Source: Chiloscyllium plagiosum
Lineage: Eukaryota
Length of the DNA stretch: 64,000 bases
Assembly: GCF_004010195.1 (NCBI RefSeq)
Contig: NC_057749.1
Coordinates: forward strand, 23,894,892 to 23,958,891
Direction of reading: 5' to 3'
The notes below the pieces were generated by a model. It ran no database searches. It had not been told where the DNA came from and saw only the letters and a program-made list of their open reading frames with translations. The translations under genes were made by a program, and so were the position numbers. Shown in pieces: positions 26,134-37,910 of this stretch; positions within the stretch are counted from its first letter, which is position 1, and every line of letters starts with the position of its first letter.

Positions 26134-26801
26134 CCCCTTGTCAGATCCACGCCCCCACCAGCCCTCACCCCACACCCGGCACCTTCCTCTGCTCCCCTGC
26201 CACCGCAGGAAGTGCAAACCCTGCACCCACATCTCCCCCCTCACCTCCATCCAAGGCCCAAAGGATCCTTCCACATCTGACAGAAATTTACCTGTATGTT
26301 CACAAATGTCATCTACTGTATCTATCGCACCCAGTGTAGTCTCCCCTACATTGGGGAGACAGGACGCCAACTAGTGGATCATTTCAGAGAACATCTCCGG
26401 GACACCCGCACTCACCAACCCCACCGCCCCGTGACTGAACATTTCAACTCCCGCTCCCACTCCGTCAAGGACATACAGGTCCTGGGTCTCCTCCACTGCC
26501 AAACCCAAACCACCCGACCCCTGGAGGAAGAACGCCTCATCTTCCACTTTGGGACTCTGCATCCACACGGGATTAATATGGATGTCACCGNNNNNNNNNN
26601 NNNNNNNNNNNNNNNNNNNNNNACCCCCTCCCATTTATGTCTCAGCACCGGAGGCTCACAAGCCTCATTCCTGATTAAGCACTTCTGCCTGAAAAGTTGA
26701 TTCTCCTGCTCCTTGGACGCTGCCTCACCTGCTGTGCTTTTCCAGCACAACACTCTCTCCTCTGATCTCCAGCATCCACAGTCCTCACTTTCTCCTAGTT
26801 A
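26134..26801 (+). mobile_element. Penelope-like retroelement 3' part: GIY-YIG endonuclease plus terminal repeat (family A)
   Basis: ORF 26296..26700 NVIYCIYRTQCSLPYIGETGRQLVDHFREH...HFNS...GIN; Cys motif CHRRKCKPC upstream; caaaagtatg duplicated at 26124-26133 and 26802-26811. Confidence 0.9.
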
Positions 26802-27228
26802 CAAAAGTATGTTTGGATTCATAGTGATGAATGTGGAGAAGTGGGGTGGCATTAGTCTGCAGACTGGTGAGTAAGATCACACCAGGAGTTCTGAGAGAAT
26901 CTGTGGACAGCAACAAAACAGCGAGGTATGGTGGGATTTAAGGCTTTGGGATGGAGGGAGAAGTCCAAGGATTGGACTCGAAGCAACAGAGATTTGATTT
27001 GAGTGTTGGGACAAAATAATGGAGTAGCCAGAAAGGGCAGTGGAGAAATTAAGGGAGGAAAGAAAATCATTTTCACTCAGCAGCCATATTCTTCAGAGAA
27101 GGCATTCTAGAAAAATCCATGAGATAATGAAGTCATCAGAAATGAGGAGGGACGATTTGAATGGCTGGTGGACATGAGTTACATCAGTTCACATTCTGTC
27201 ACTCTGGGAGGAAGGGAAACTGGTGGAA

Positions 27229-27252
27229 CAGGAAGTGTGTTGCCATGGCAAC
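27229..27252. promoter_or_regulatory. Perfect palindromic RFX X-box (GTTGCCATGGCAAC, 27239-27252) next to an ETS core (CAGGAAGT, 27229-27236)
   Basis: Motif match only; lies in repeat-free sequence. Confidence 0.45.
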
Positions 27253-28044
27253 CTGCAGGTAGAGCAAGTGGGCAATCTGAGACAGAGAGAACGATAGCCC
27301 CAGGCTTTTGAGGGAGATGTAGGCCTGGGAACTACTTTATATTTCAGGTCATTTATGAAAAATGTTATTTTAACCGCCAAAGGATTTAATTTGAGCTGCA
27401 GATATCTGAAGCAGAAAACCGGTGGTTGTCAGGTAAATCCAATCAGTTCATTGTGAAATCTATAACTTTTGAATTTGGTTCTAAATGGAACCTTATTTTG
27501 AACGGATGATTGGTAGCTGAGAGAGTGAATATGTTGGCTGGTGTTGCTATCGGAAACCACTCAGGTCTCTCATGTATTTTCTAATATGTTGATAAAACAT
27601 TCTTGTTTTGTAATCCTGCTTCATAAAATTAAGTAGATTGCACGTCATGCAAACAGCTTTTGAATTCCTTATTTTATCAGTGACTCTTTGAGACATTGGG
27701 TTCTAACTTTGGTATTCCCTCAATTGAGAGCACCTTTCTTGTGTCTACCTTGTCAAATCATTTCATAATCTTTAAAAAAAACCCAGTCTTCCCCTGAGCT
27801 GTCATCTTTCTGAAGACAAAAGACCTCCCCTCTTGGGTTTTTTTCCTCATGCGTGTAACCACTCAGCTGTGCAATCCTTGTGATTTTCTTTGCTCTGTTT
27901 TGTTTCCTGTTCTCTGGTTGTGTTGGTGTTATCAGATTGTCAGTCCAGACTGTACGAGCTGATGAGTCTACTCTCAACCCCTTCTTCTGTTCACTCACCC
28001 CACTCTGCCTCTTGTTAAAACATTCCATTACAGTCTGTGGGGCA

Positions 28045-28820
28045 TAATTTAATGTGATTGGAGGAAGGTTTAGGGGAGATGTCAGAGGTAGGTTCTTTAC
28101 ACTGAGAGTGTTGGGTGCATGGAATGCACTGCCAGTGGTGGTAGTAGAGTCAGATACATTAGGGACATTTAAGCAACTCTTGGATAGACACATGGATGAA
28201 AGTAAAATGAAGGGTATGTAGGTTAGTCTGATCTTAGAGTAGGATAAAAGGTCCTCAAGGGCTGTGCTGCACTATCCTATGTTCTATGTTCTGTCCATCT
28301 TGGAAAAATATTTTCAAAGCATTGTTACTGTTGCAATGTCAGAAATGTGAAAAACAAGATCCCACAAGCATCATAGCAGTAGCCAACCGATGACCAGTTT
28401 GTTGATGCAGTGGGAATTCTTATACAGCTGACTACAGTTCCTGATGTTTGGAGGTTGGTTAGATTGGCTGGACAGTTGGTTTGCGATGAAGCATGACCCC
28501 AATAGTGTGGGTTCAATTCCCGAACCAGCTGAGGTTATCATGAAGGACTCTCTTTCTCAACCTCTCCCCTTGCCTGAGGCACGGTGACCCTCAGGTTAAA
28601 CCACCATCAGTCCCCTCTCTCTCTCAGGAAAGAGCAGCCCAATGGTCTGGTCAGACCTTACCTCTAGGTGTTGGTTGAGGTATAAATAGTAAGATCAGGA
28701 CTCCAGGGATAAGCACCTTCCACCATCTTCAAAACTGTGCAATCGGATGTTTTACATTCATCTGGGAGGGGAGATATTCATAGAAAAGGCAGTACACCTC
28801 TGACAGTGTAACACTCCAAC
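28045..28820 (+). repeat. Local direct duplication of ~25255-25875, including a CR1 3' end
   Basis: Long colinear match, e.g. gtcagaaatgtgaaaaacaagatcccacaagcatc and cagaccttacctctaggtgttggtt...gataagcaccttcc in both copies. Confidence 0.9.
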
Positions 28821-29023
28821 TGTAACACACTGCATGAGCAGTGTAGTCTGTACAAGCTGATGATTTATTTGAGTCTGCTCTCAACTCCTTCATCTATTCC
28901 CTAACCCCACTCTGCCTCTTGTCAAAACATTCCATTACACTCTGTGCTCTTCAGTCATTAATTGATCATCGTTCAAAAGCTATTGGTATTTCCCGTGGAT
29001 CACAGTGCTTATGTCAACCTGTA

Positions 29024-29695
29024 GTCATAGAGATGTACAGCACGGAAACAGACCCTTCAGTTCAACTTGTCCATGCTGACCAGATATCTTAAATTAGCTT
29101 TGTCCCAGTTGCCAGCAGTTGGTCCTTATCCCTCTACAAGGAGAAAGTGAGGGCTGCAGATGCTGGAGATCAGAGCTGAAAATGTGTTGCTGGAAAAGTG
29201 CAGCAGGTCACGCAGCATCCAAGGAGCAGGAGAATCTCCTGCTCCTTGGATGCTGCCTGACTTGCTGCGCTTTTCCAGCAACACATTTTCAGCTCTTATC
29301 TCTCAACACCCTTCCTATTCATATATCCACCCAGGTGCCTTTTAAATGCTGTAACTGTACCAGCCTCCACCACTTCCTCTGGCAGCTCATTGCACACATG
29401 CTCCAACCTCTGCATGAAAACATTGTCCCTTCGGTCCCTTTTATATCTTTCCCCTTTCACCTCAATGTATACCCTCTAGTTCTGAACTCCCCTATCCCAG
29501 GGAAAATACCTTGTCTATTTACCCTATCCATTCCCCTCATGATTTTGGAAACATCTATAACGTCACCCAACAGCCTCTGACACTCCAGGGAAAACAGCCT
29601 CAGCCTATTCAGCCTCTCCCTATAGCTCAAACCCTCCAACACTGGCAACATCCGTGTAAATCTTTTCTGAACCCTTTCAAGTTTCACAACCTGGT
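29024..29695 (-). mobile_element. CR1/HER1-like 3' fragment interrupted by a family-A Penelope palindrome (~29140-29295)
   Basis: ORF 29457..29846 has the CR1 motif VKLERVQKRFTRML; inverted arms are visible in the insert. Confidence 0.8.
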
Positions 29696-29769
29696 ATAAG
29701 AGGACCTTCTTTCTCCTGCCACCAAATGTTATGCTTTTGCATGCACTTCCCCTTGGGGTCAACCTTAGA

Positions 29770-30115
29770 ATTACAGAATCCCTACAGTGCGGAATGAGGC
29801 CATTCAGCCCATTGAGTCTGCACTGCCTCACTAAAGTGTATGCCATGCAGACCCATTCCCGTACCTTATCCCTGTAACCCTGTATTCCCCATGGTTATTC
29901 CACTTGACCAGCACATCCTTTGACACGATGGGGCAATTTACTGTGGCAAATCCACCTAACCTGCACATCTTTGGACTGTGGGAGGAAACTGGAGCATCCG
30001 GAGGAAACCCGCGCAGACACTGGGAGAACGTGCAAACTTCACACAGTCACCCAAGGCTGGAATCGAACTCGGGTTCCTGGCGCTGTGAGACAGCAGTGCA
30101 AACCATTGTGCCACC
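29770..30115 (-). mobile_element. HE1-like V-SINE
   Basis: Reverse complement of V-SINE. Confidence 0.8.
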
Positions 30116-30207
30116 CCAAGTGGCCACATGAATGAAATGCCCATGAATTTTGATGTAGAGTGCTTAGATTCAAAGACCATTTGAATGAAAGCAGTACATT
30201 ATAAGAA

Positions 30208-30518
30208 TTAGATTCACTACAGTGTGGAAACAGGCCCTTCGGCCCAACAAGTCGACACCGACCCTCCGAAGAGTTACCCACCCAGACCCATTTCCCTCTG
30301 ACTAATGTACCTAAAATTATGGGCAATCTAGCATGGCCAATTCACCTGACGTGCACATCTTTCGACTGTGGGAGGAAACCGGAGCACCCGGAGGAAACCT
30401 GCGCAGACGCAGGGAGAATGTGCAAACTCCACACAGACAGTCACCTGAGGCTGAAATCGAACCTGGGACCCTGGTGCTGTGAGGCAGCAGTGCTAACCAC
30501 TGAGCCACCGTGCTGCCC
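30208..30518 (-). mobile_element. HE1-like V-SINE
   Basis: Near-complete reverse-complement copy. Confidence 0.85.
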
Positions 30519-30707
30519 CAAAGGTAGAAGGTCAGAAGGTAGGAAGCTTGGTGGTGCTCACCTACAGTGGGTGTTGCAACAAAGTTAAAGCTGAGAGTCT
30601 TTGTCGCATGTAAAACTGGTGAAAAGCAGTTTTTGTGATGACATTTGAATGGATGAGGATAGATTGAAGGTGTGGATTGGGTACTTTACACAAAGGATGC
30701 AACTTAA

Positions 30708-30779
30708 TAGTCCTTGATCTCATGGGTTTAGATGGCATCTGTGCTCAGATACCATCTAAATCCATGAGATCAAGAACTA
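30708..30779. repeat. 72-nt inverted repeat (34-bp arms, 4-nt loop, 3 mismatches)
   Basis: tagtccttgatctcatgggtttagatggcatctg-tgct-cagataccatctaaatccatgagatcaagaacta. Confidence 0.9.
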
Positions 30780-30992
30780 CATGAACTACGTCCACATTCC
30801 TGATATACTGAAGGAGCAGAATATTCATTACTTAAGCTGAACAAGCCATTTGAGGATCATGCACACCTGAAAGGAGAAGGTGGATTGGTTTACACAGAGA
30901 TAGAGAGTGGAGACTTGTACACCACCCCACTTGATGTTTCATGCAGTTTCGTGACCAAATGTGCTATTAATGCCAAAAGCTATTAACCACTG

Positions 30993-31151
30993 TGGGCGGC
31001 ACGGTGGCACAGTGGTTAGCACTGCTAGGTTAGGGGTATGGGTGGGTTGCGCTTCGGCGGGTCGGTGTGGTCATGTTGGGCCGAAGGGCCTGTTTCCACA
31101 CTGTAATCTAATCTAATCTAATCTAATCTAATCTAATCTAATCTAATCTAT
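30993..31151 (+). mobile_element. Internally deleted HE1-like SINE ending in (TCTAA)n
   Basis: Head gggcggcacggtggcacagtggttagcactgct is joined directly to the tail, followed by a pentanucleotide microsatellite. Confidence 0.8.
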
Positions 31152-31792
31152 CAGTCAGCACCAAAATCCAGCTCAAGGTGAGGAAGGTAATTCTGAAAAG
31201 GAAAGAATCAAATCTGACCCAGAGTGGGACCTTGCCATGATGCCAGTGTGACTTAATATGAATGCAGTGAAGTCTTTGCATCGACTGCTAAAGGCAATAA
31301 ATTTTTTAAACGCTTTGATTGTGGTTAGGCATATCTTAGTCGACCGAATTCATCTAGAAAATTCTACCACATTAATTTAATTTCTGTTACCATAATGTCT
31401 GTTTTCAAAATGGCGCCAACACTGGGCGACTGTTTGCGAGCTCTGTAAAGCAGATTGTCAAATATCTTACAACCATCTGCACTTTTAAACCCAAACTCTT
31501 AAGTCTGTAAAAATTGCTAATATTGTTGTGCCTCGTTCTGTCTAAAGACCCTATAATTTGTATTTACTTGTATGCTGTGATCTGCATAGTATTACACGTA
31601 AAACAAAACTTTCTATTGTACTGAGGAACATGTGACAAGAATAAATCAAATGAAATCTAATCATATTAATAATACGACCATCCACACTGCAAGTGATATT
31701 TTATTCTTGATACTTTTGGACAGGCTTTGGGGACTTCTAAGGTCCTTTTGCAAGCCGTGTATGAAACCATTGATGTGGTAAATGTAGACAAA

Positions 31793-31982
31793 TTTAAAAA
31801 TCACACAACACCAGGTTATCGTCCAACAAGTTTATTTGGAAGCACTCGCTTTCAGAGTGCTGCTCCTTCATCAGGTGGTTGCACTCCAAAAGCTCGTGCT
31901 TTCAAATAAATCTGTTGGATTATAACCTGGTGTTGTGTGATTTTTAACTTTGTCCACCCCAGTCCAACACTGGCTCCTCCAC
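31793..31982. mobile_element. Palindromic Penelope-like terminal repeat (family B)
   Basis: Same arms as 23320-23502. Confidence 0.8.
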
Positions 31983-32599
31983 AGCATGTCAAATGTGCTT
32001 AGACACTTTGTGAGTGGTAACCAGTAGAGTTTGACATGGTACCATGTCAGGAAATCTCACGGTAGACGACCAAAATTCGGTCACAAGGTAGGATTTAAGG
32101 AGTATCTTAAAGGACAAGAGCGAGGTGGAGAGGTTGGAAAAGACAACTCTGGGGCATAGGCCAAGTAGCTGAAGGTATGGTCTTGAGTTATGAAACAATT
32201 AAGATGAAGGCAGCTTAAGAGGCCAGAACTGGATCATTATAAATATAGGGGAGCTAGGAACACTGCGGCAAGTAACTAACCACCTAACTCCCCCATGAAG
32301 TACATGAATAGAAGAGGTTTGGAGCTGGCAGGTTAGACTAGTTTGGGATTCTGGACTGGTTAGACCAAAGAGTCTGTTTCTGTGCTGTATGACTCTTAGC
32401 CTATCAATGTAGCACCCTGATTTGGCACTGTGTCACTGTACCTTCATGACCAGCAATGTGGGTTTACCTAGACTTCAAGGCCTGTAGCAATTCAAGAAGG
32501 CATCTCACTGTCACCTGGTGGGAAATTAGGAATGGGCAGCAAGTGCTGGTCTGACCCACAACACCCACATCCCCATGAACTAACTTCAGAAAATCTCAC

Positions 32600-32905
32600 T
32601 TGTGTTGCACTGGGAGTTCAAACCTAGAGGATATAATTTTAAGACGAGTGGAGAAAGATTTAAAAGGGACCTGAGGGGCAACTTTTTCCCACACAGGGTG
32701 GTTCGTTTGTGGCATGAACTATCAGAGGAGGTGGTAGTTTCAGTCACAGTGACACCATTTAATCGACATTTGGACAGATACATGAATAAGAAGGGTTCAG
32801 AGGGAGATGGGCCAATTGCAGGCAAATGGGACTAGTTTAATATGGGAAACCTGGATGGCATGGATGTGTTGGACCGAAGGGTCTGTTTTGGTGCTGTATG
32901 ACTCC
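32600..32905 (+). mobile_element. CR1/HER1-like LINE 3' fragment
   Basis: ORF 32602..32835 is the CR1 C-terminus. Confidence 0.8.
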
Positions 32906-33589
32906 GTCATTGCTGGGCAGATTGGTGAGATGAGGGGGTGCGACGACGTGGAAAAATTGTAAAAAGGGATGAAAGTTCTCAAACGAAGGCATCACCAGAG
33001 CTCGAGATCATGTAGGTCAATGATCTTGGGGGCGGACTGGGATGGTGGTGGAGGAGGTGGGGGGGAGTCCCTGACAATACAGGAACCAATGGGAATGGAC
33101 CTCTTTTCTCTGCATCCTGGAAGGACTGGTGCCTCTGTTTAACGTGAAGGAGGGCCCTCATTTAGTCTCCTTTCACCTCTACTCTGAGACTCCTCTTCCC
33201 CATCACTTCCCCTTTGTGACTGGAGCCAATAGGACCCCTGTCCATTTGCTGCTCCTCTTCAGCGAGGGTTCTCATTTACAAACATATCCTCCGACTTGCT
33301 GCTCACTGCCTGAGCTGTTGTTGACTGTCGGGGGCCAAATGGAAATGGGCAGCTCCTTTCTGTGCCACACCTGTTCCTGATGTGCTGTCGCTCACCATTT
33401 CACCTAATCACCTCTCCTTCACACATCCCCTCACATCCCCACTGTGCACTTTCTCTCTTTAGTCTCCTGTCCAGGACCGTGTTACAATCCCTCAGCCCGA
33501 GAATTGGGGCTGTGTGAGGCTTTCCGACTCTGCAGCAGTGTCCTGCAGTCTGCAGGACATTTTGAGGATACAGCAGTGCGCAATCCCAG

Positions 33590-34075
33590 AGAACAAAAGA
33601 GAAGTACAGCACAGAAACAGGCCCTTCAGCCTTCCTGAGCCTGTGCCGATCATCATGCCCTAACTAAACTAAAAAACAAATCTTCTGCTCTTATTCGGTC
33701 TGTCCCTCCTATTCCCTCCCTATTCAAGTAACCATCCAGATGCCTCTTTAATGTCACCAATGTGCCTGCTTCCACCACCTCTTCTGGCAATGCTTTCCAA
33801 GCTCTTCCCACTCTCTGCGTGAAAAATTTCCCTCACACATCTCCCTTACACTTTCGCCCTCTCACCTTGAACCTGTCCCTCCTTTTCATTGAAACTACAA
33901 CCCTGGGGAAAACGTCTCTGACCATCCTCCCTGTCTACGCCTCTCACAGTTGTGTAGATCTCCATCAGGTCTCCTCAGTCGCCATCTCTCCAGTGAAAAC
34001 AACCCTGGTGTTTTTAACCTTTACTCATAGCCAATGCCCTCGAGACCAGGCAACACCCTGGTGAACCTTCTCTGT
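33590..34075 (-). mobile_element. CR1 LINE 3' fragment
   Basis: Reverse complement of the CR1 ORF2 end and tail. Confidence 0.75.
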
Positions 34076-34249
34076 AAGGGAATTCAAGCAGTATTTTTTT
34101 TTAAAAGAGCCCTTTTCTTTGAAAAACAAAATTCCTGGTGTGTTTTATTTTTAAATTGCATAATTATCTGGAGATGCAGGGAAGATCATTCAACTGACAA
34201 ATTGAAAATTAGCTAAGGAACACATTCACTTTGTGAAAGGAGACATGAT

Positions 34250-34800
34250 GGGTGGGTATTGGTGGGAACACGGGGAGAGGGTGGGGTGGGTATTGGTGGG
34301 AACACGGGGAGAGGGTGGGGTGGGTATTGGTGGGAACACGGGGAGAGGGTGGATGGGTAANNNNNNNNNNNNNNNNNNNNNNNNNNNNNNNNNNNNNNNN
34401 NNNNNNNNNNNNNNNNNNNNNNNNNNNNNNNNNNNNNNNNNNNNNNNNNNNNNNNNNNNNNNNNNNNNNNNNNNNNNNNNNNNNNNNNNNNNNNNNNNNN
34501 NNNNNNNNNNNNNNNNNNNNNNNNNNNNNNNNNNNNNNNNNNNNNNNNNNNNNNNNNNNNNNNNNNNNNNNNNNNNNNNNNNNNNNNNNNNNNNNNNNNN
34601 NNNNNNNNNNNNNNNNNNNNNNNNNNNNNNNNNGGGTGGGTAGCAGTGGGAGCGCGGGGACAGGGTGGGTGGGTGGGTGATGGTGGAAGCGCGGGGACTG
34701 GGTGGGTGGGTGACGGTGGGAACGCGGGGACAGGGTGGGTGGGTGGCGGTGGGAGTGCGGGGACAGAGTGGGTGGGTGGCGGTGTGAACACGGGGTGGGA
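34250..34800. repeat. G-rich minisatellite (~34-bp and related units) around an assembly gap
   Basis: gggtgggtattggtgggaacacggggagagggtg repeats before the gap; related gggtgggtgg...gcggggaca units after it. Confidence 0.85.
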
Positions 34801-35189
34801 GTAGAAAGTCAGCCGATATTTCCAAGAATCTTTTGTGTCTTTATACCTTGATGGCATTTGGATTTTGGTGATGAATTATGTATTCCCTATCCTGAATTGG
34901 TCTTGCATTCAATCTGTTCAACAGCATTGCTGTGGGTCTGGAGTCTCAGATAGGCCAGGCTGGGTGAAGATGACAGATTTCTTTCTCAAAGCAGGGACCA
35001 GTGGACGAGAAGATTTTTTTTTAAAATAAAATTTGTTGATGGATATCACAGTCAGCAACATTCCTTCTAATTTTCATTCCAGCTCAGCGGGTCTCTGAGG
35101 TAACAGAACCTTCTGGAACCTTGGAGCTGTTGACGGCCACCATTACTAATGGTTAGTTTTTTAAAAATTCAATCATGAGATGGGTGTGA

Positions 35190-35500
35190 GTGGCCAGGCA
35201 AACATTTATTGCCCATCCCTAACTGCCCTTGAGGGTCAACCATTTTGCTGTGGGTCTGGAGTCATGTAGGCCAGAGCAGGTAAGGATGGAAGTTTCCTTC
35301 CTTCAAGGGCATTAGTGAACCAGATGGGGTTTTCCAACAATTGATGGTAGATTCATGGTTGTCAATGGACTCTTAATTCCAGATTTTTATTGAATTCAGA
35401 TTCCACCATCTGCCGTGGTGGGATTTAAACTGGGGTCCCCAGTGCGTTTCTAGATTAATAGTTCAGCAATAATACCACAAGATCATTGCCTCTCCAGGTT
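35190..35500 (-). mobile_element. tRNA-derived SINE, second family
   Basis: Reverse complement of the 22180-22480 type. Confidence 0.7.
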
Positions 35501-37309
35501 TATTCAATTCCAGATTTATTAAGTTTAATTTATACTCCACAATGGGATTTGAACCCATGTTGCCAAAGCTTTGCCCTGAGCCTCTGGAATACTGGTGCCA
35601 CCTGGTTGGAAGGTGTCTTTCCTTCTGTAGCCATTCCTCCTGTGCATAAAATCCATTTGCCTTGCACTGTTTTCACTCTTTGTGTGTTATTTGCTATCTT
35701 AGAGTCTGACTATATTTTGTCCTGCGCAGTTCATCCCATAAAAGAGCAAACCCATCCATAGCCAATAAAAATTCTAGCCTTGTAATAATTCTTGTTTTAA
35801 AGCAGAAATGAGTCTGAGGCCATTTTATTTCCTTGTCGGTGTACAGGCGCGTGTTCTTGAGCCTTTGTAATGAGCTAAAGCTGCTGTGTCGGCGCAGGGA
35901 GGTGAAAGCTGATGGATTGCTGCACTGAACGGGTTCCAGACCCGCTTTCCACATAAGGAGAAGTGACACCGCCTTTCTGTCAACCTCAGCAAATACAAAA
36001 CCCATGTGACCTTGAGAGCAGGGTCGGTTCTGGAGAAGGTGCCAAGCCCTGGGTCGCGGACTGTCGTGTATAAATCAAATGTCTGCTTGACCACGGTAGA
36101 AGTGATCTTTCAGAGCACAGCTCGTTTATAACTTAGCTGCTGCTGGCTTTGACCTCAATCTTGGACTGTTCCCCCCCCCCCCCCCCCCATCATTGTGATT
36201 GTTTGAGTAAAACACGCAGTATGGCATCCTGACCACGCAAGCCACTTAATTTATCGGTGGCTTGGTTTACCTCATGAGAATGCTTGCAATGAGAGGTTTT
36301 TGGCACTTTTAATTGACGCCTTATATAGTACTGTTCCTCAGCTCATCGTCAGAGGCTTCATTTAAAGATAAAGGTAGAATCAGTCAAGGCAACAGGGCCT
36401 AGAGGCAGAATCAGCTAAACATGGACCTCCGGGAGAGCCAGCCAATGATATCTATGTGCAAAAATGCAGAATGAATGAAGATACCAGAAGTAATCCTACT
36501 GTCTGGCTGCCTTCCTCCGTATCAACGTGATTTTGTCTTGTAATGTCGATCTCAAGAAGTGCATCGATGGGCTGAATGGCCTGCTTCCACACTCCAGGGG
36601 ATTCCAAGATCCCCTTCTGCTTGTGGACAATCGCGCAGGAATCCAAAATCTACTGCAGTCTTTCTCATTTAACTCTGTTCATCTGCAAAGGAAGTCTTGG
36701 TGCATTGTGGGAGCATGCGCATCTTTGAGCCAGGAAGCTGCGGACTCAACAGGAGGCAACGGCCGAGTGGTATTATGGCTAGATTATTGATCCAGAAACT
36801 CAGCAAACACTCTGGGGACCTGGGTTCGAATCCGACCACGGCAGATGAATTGAATCCAGTAAATAAACATCTGGAATTTAGAATCCACTGATGACAATCC
36901 ATTGCTGGTTGTTGCAAAACCTATCTGGCTCAGTAATACCCTTGAAGGAAGGAAATCTGCCATTGACTCCAGGCCTACGGCAACGTGGTTGACTTGAAGT
37001 TGCCCTCTGGCTCACACTCAAGGGATCATACCTTACCGACAATGTCCTAGTCACCAACGGCTCAGATCTAAGCTCTACATTCCTGCCATGTCCAGACATG
37101 AGTGCTGGTGGACAACTAAACATAATCGAGAGAGAAAGCTGAAGTTCAGAAGCCGTGATATTAAAGTAGCTTTGGTTGAGATGAGAAACGATGAAGGCAA
37201 GAAGTCATTTGTAAGAATGGTGTCTGAGAATATTTTTATTCTAAGTTGAGATAGATTCTTATCACTGATGAGGTGGAAGGTTTTAAGAGTATGTGGAGTA
37301 ATCCGATCA

Positions 37310-37910
37310 ACATGACTTTTACACAGCGAGTGATTCATGTGTGGAATGTACTTCCAGAGAAAATAATGGAAGGGGGTACAATTACAAAATTTAAGAGACA
37401 TTTGGACAGACACATGAATAGCAAAGGTTTAGAGGCGTATGAGCCAAAGCAGGTGGGCGGGGGTAGTTTAGTTTGGAATTATGGTTGGCATGTACTGGTT
37501 GGCCTGAGGGGTCTGTTTCCGTGCTATATGACTCTCTGACTCTGAGTGAGTTTGTATATTGGATGTATTCTTGATGGAGAAGAGGTGGCATGGTGGCTCA
37601 GTGGTTAGCACTGCTGCCTCACAGTTGCAAGGACCCGGGTTCAATTCCAGCCTCGGCTGACTGTGTGGATTTTGCACGTTCTCCCCGTGTCTGTCCGGTT
37701 TCCTCCCACAGCCCAAGGTTGTGCAAATTAGGTGAATTGGCCGTGCTAAATTGCTCATAGTGTTCAGGGATGTGTAGGTTAGGGGCATTAGTTAGCAGTA
37801 AGTGCGGAATAATGGGTGCGAGGAATGGGTCTGGGTGTGTTACTCTTGGGAGGGTCGGTGTGGGACTTGTTGGGCCGAAGGGCCTGTTTCCACACTGTAG
37901 GGACTCTAGG
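37310..37910 (+). mobile_element. CR1 3' tail (37310-37545) followed by an HE1-like V-SINE (37586-37910)
   Basis: Matches to the two families. Confidence 0.8.
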
